This document shows, in pieces, positions 62,936-64,000 of a stretch of 64,000 nucleotides of DNA (position 1 is the stretch's first letter; each line of letters begins with the position of its first letter). Below the pieces are notes generated by a model, which made no database searches, was not told the origin of the DNA, and saw nothing but the letters and a program-made list of their open reading frames with translations. The stretch comes from Octopus vulgaris (Eukaryota), in NCBI GenBank assembly GCA_951406725.2, contig OX597832.1, forward strand, positions 57,040,001 through 57,104,000. Direction: 5' to 3'. The translations under genes and the position numbers were made by a program.

Positions 62936-64000
62936 ATTAGGCAAGCGGTCCTGTAAGTCCTCAGGCTACAAAAATGAAAAACAAAAAGAAAACTGTATTA
63001 CAACTAATGTCGAAGAATTTCTGCAGGAACCTAATACTCCTAGAACTATCTAACTGCCAGGTCAATGACATTAAAATGTAGAAACTCGAAAATAAATAAA
63101 GATGAATATATTTACAAAAAAAACAAACGAATTTATTGAATCATAGAAGCATTGATTATAACCGTGAGTTCATATCCAAGTTATCTTTTTTCTTTTTTAC
63201 TATCTAAACACTCAATAAAACTTTAGTTTTTCATGTGTAAAAGTTCCGTTTTGGTAGCTGAATCGAAGTTGTTGATTAACTTCTGTTGTTGGCACTGATC
63301 CAGAGGACCAATGATCGAAAAACCTTCAAGCCAGGAATGGTTTACCTCGGAGTACATTATCCAATGTATTCTCTTTTAGACGTGTACTTTGAATGGGGTT
63401 TGGCTGTTATTTCTGTCCGTTGAGTGGCCCAGTGAAAACTCCTTTCCGTTGGGTTTACTAAAATGATTCCTAGAAAAAGTGAGACCATCTCCTTGTTTTA
63501 TTTACTGTTTTTTTTTTCGGGAATAGTATACCTCGGAATACATTTTTTTAATGTACTCATTTGTAAGACAGTGATGTTTACATTCCCGTAACTGAGCGGT
63601 TCGGCTAAAGATTGATAGAATAAAGTTCCAAGCTTTATTTATAAAAAAAGTTCTGGGGTCGATTCGTTCGTCTAAAAGCTCTTCAAACACTGCCCCAGCA
63701 TGGCCGCAGTCTAATGCCTGAAACAAGTAAAAGAGAAATGTAAAAGATAGTTCGAAGATTTTAGATGCTATTTCTGCCCGACTGGGCCACCTTGTAGCGA
63801 CTCCCTCTCGTTGAATTGTTTATTCTGGGATTTATTAAAATGATTTCCACAGAAATTGGAACTAACGTGGCAATCTTGGTTTGTTACGAACGAGCTCCTT
63901 GTTTAGGAATACCTATACAAGTGTGTCCCTTCATGAATTTGGTTCCTTGTAACTTCAAGAAAAAGGAATATTTTTTCATGAAATTTTCAGCAAATGCGTT

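Overview
AT-rich eukaryotic DNA that is almost entirely intronic or intergenic. The SINE repertoire, dense (TA)n/(CA)n/(CAT)n/(AAT)n microsatellites and TTAGGG motifs point to an octopus genome (inference, no search run). I found no protein-coding gene I can support: nearly every ORF in the track is a translated microsatellite or SINE. The window is a mosaic of several tRNA-derived SINE families, TTAA (piggyBac-type) MITEs, two fold-back mariner-superfamily derivatives (one DD41D), hAT MITEs and two non-autonomous Helitrons. One Helitron carries a piggyBac transposase fragment and a 116-bp minisatellite. Four signals are least explained. (1) About 11 minimal type-I hammerhead ribozyme (HHR) motifs from at least 7 unrelated sequence families, mostly in fold-back, Penelope-like insertions. 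These include a tRNA-headed HHR SINE (21.3-21.8 kb and 40.8-41.5 kb) and a 356-bp rod-like retrozyme-like unit (35.4-35.9 kb). (2) A GGATC-ended MITE containing (CCCTAA)n whose copies show 43-47-bp flanking duplications, apparent adjacent deletions and a 43-bp inverted piece of another copy's flank. (3) A CpG-depleted to CpG-retaining transition near 41 kb. (4) Many local templated duplications and inversions. All family assignments come from motif recognition by eye.
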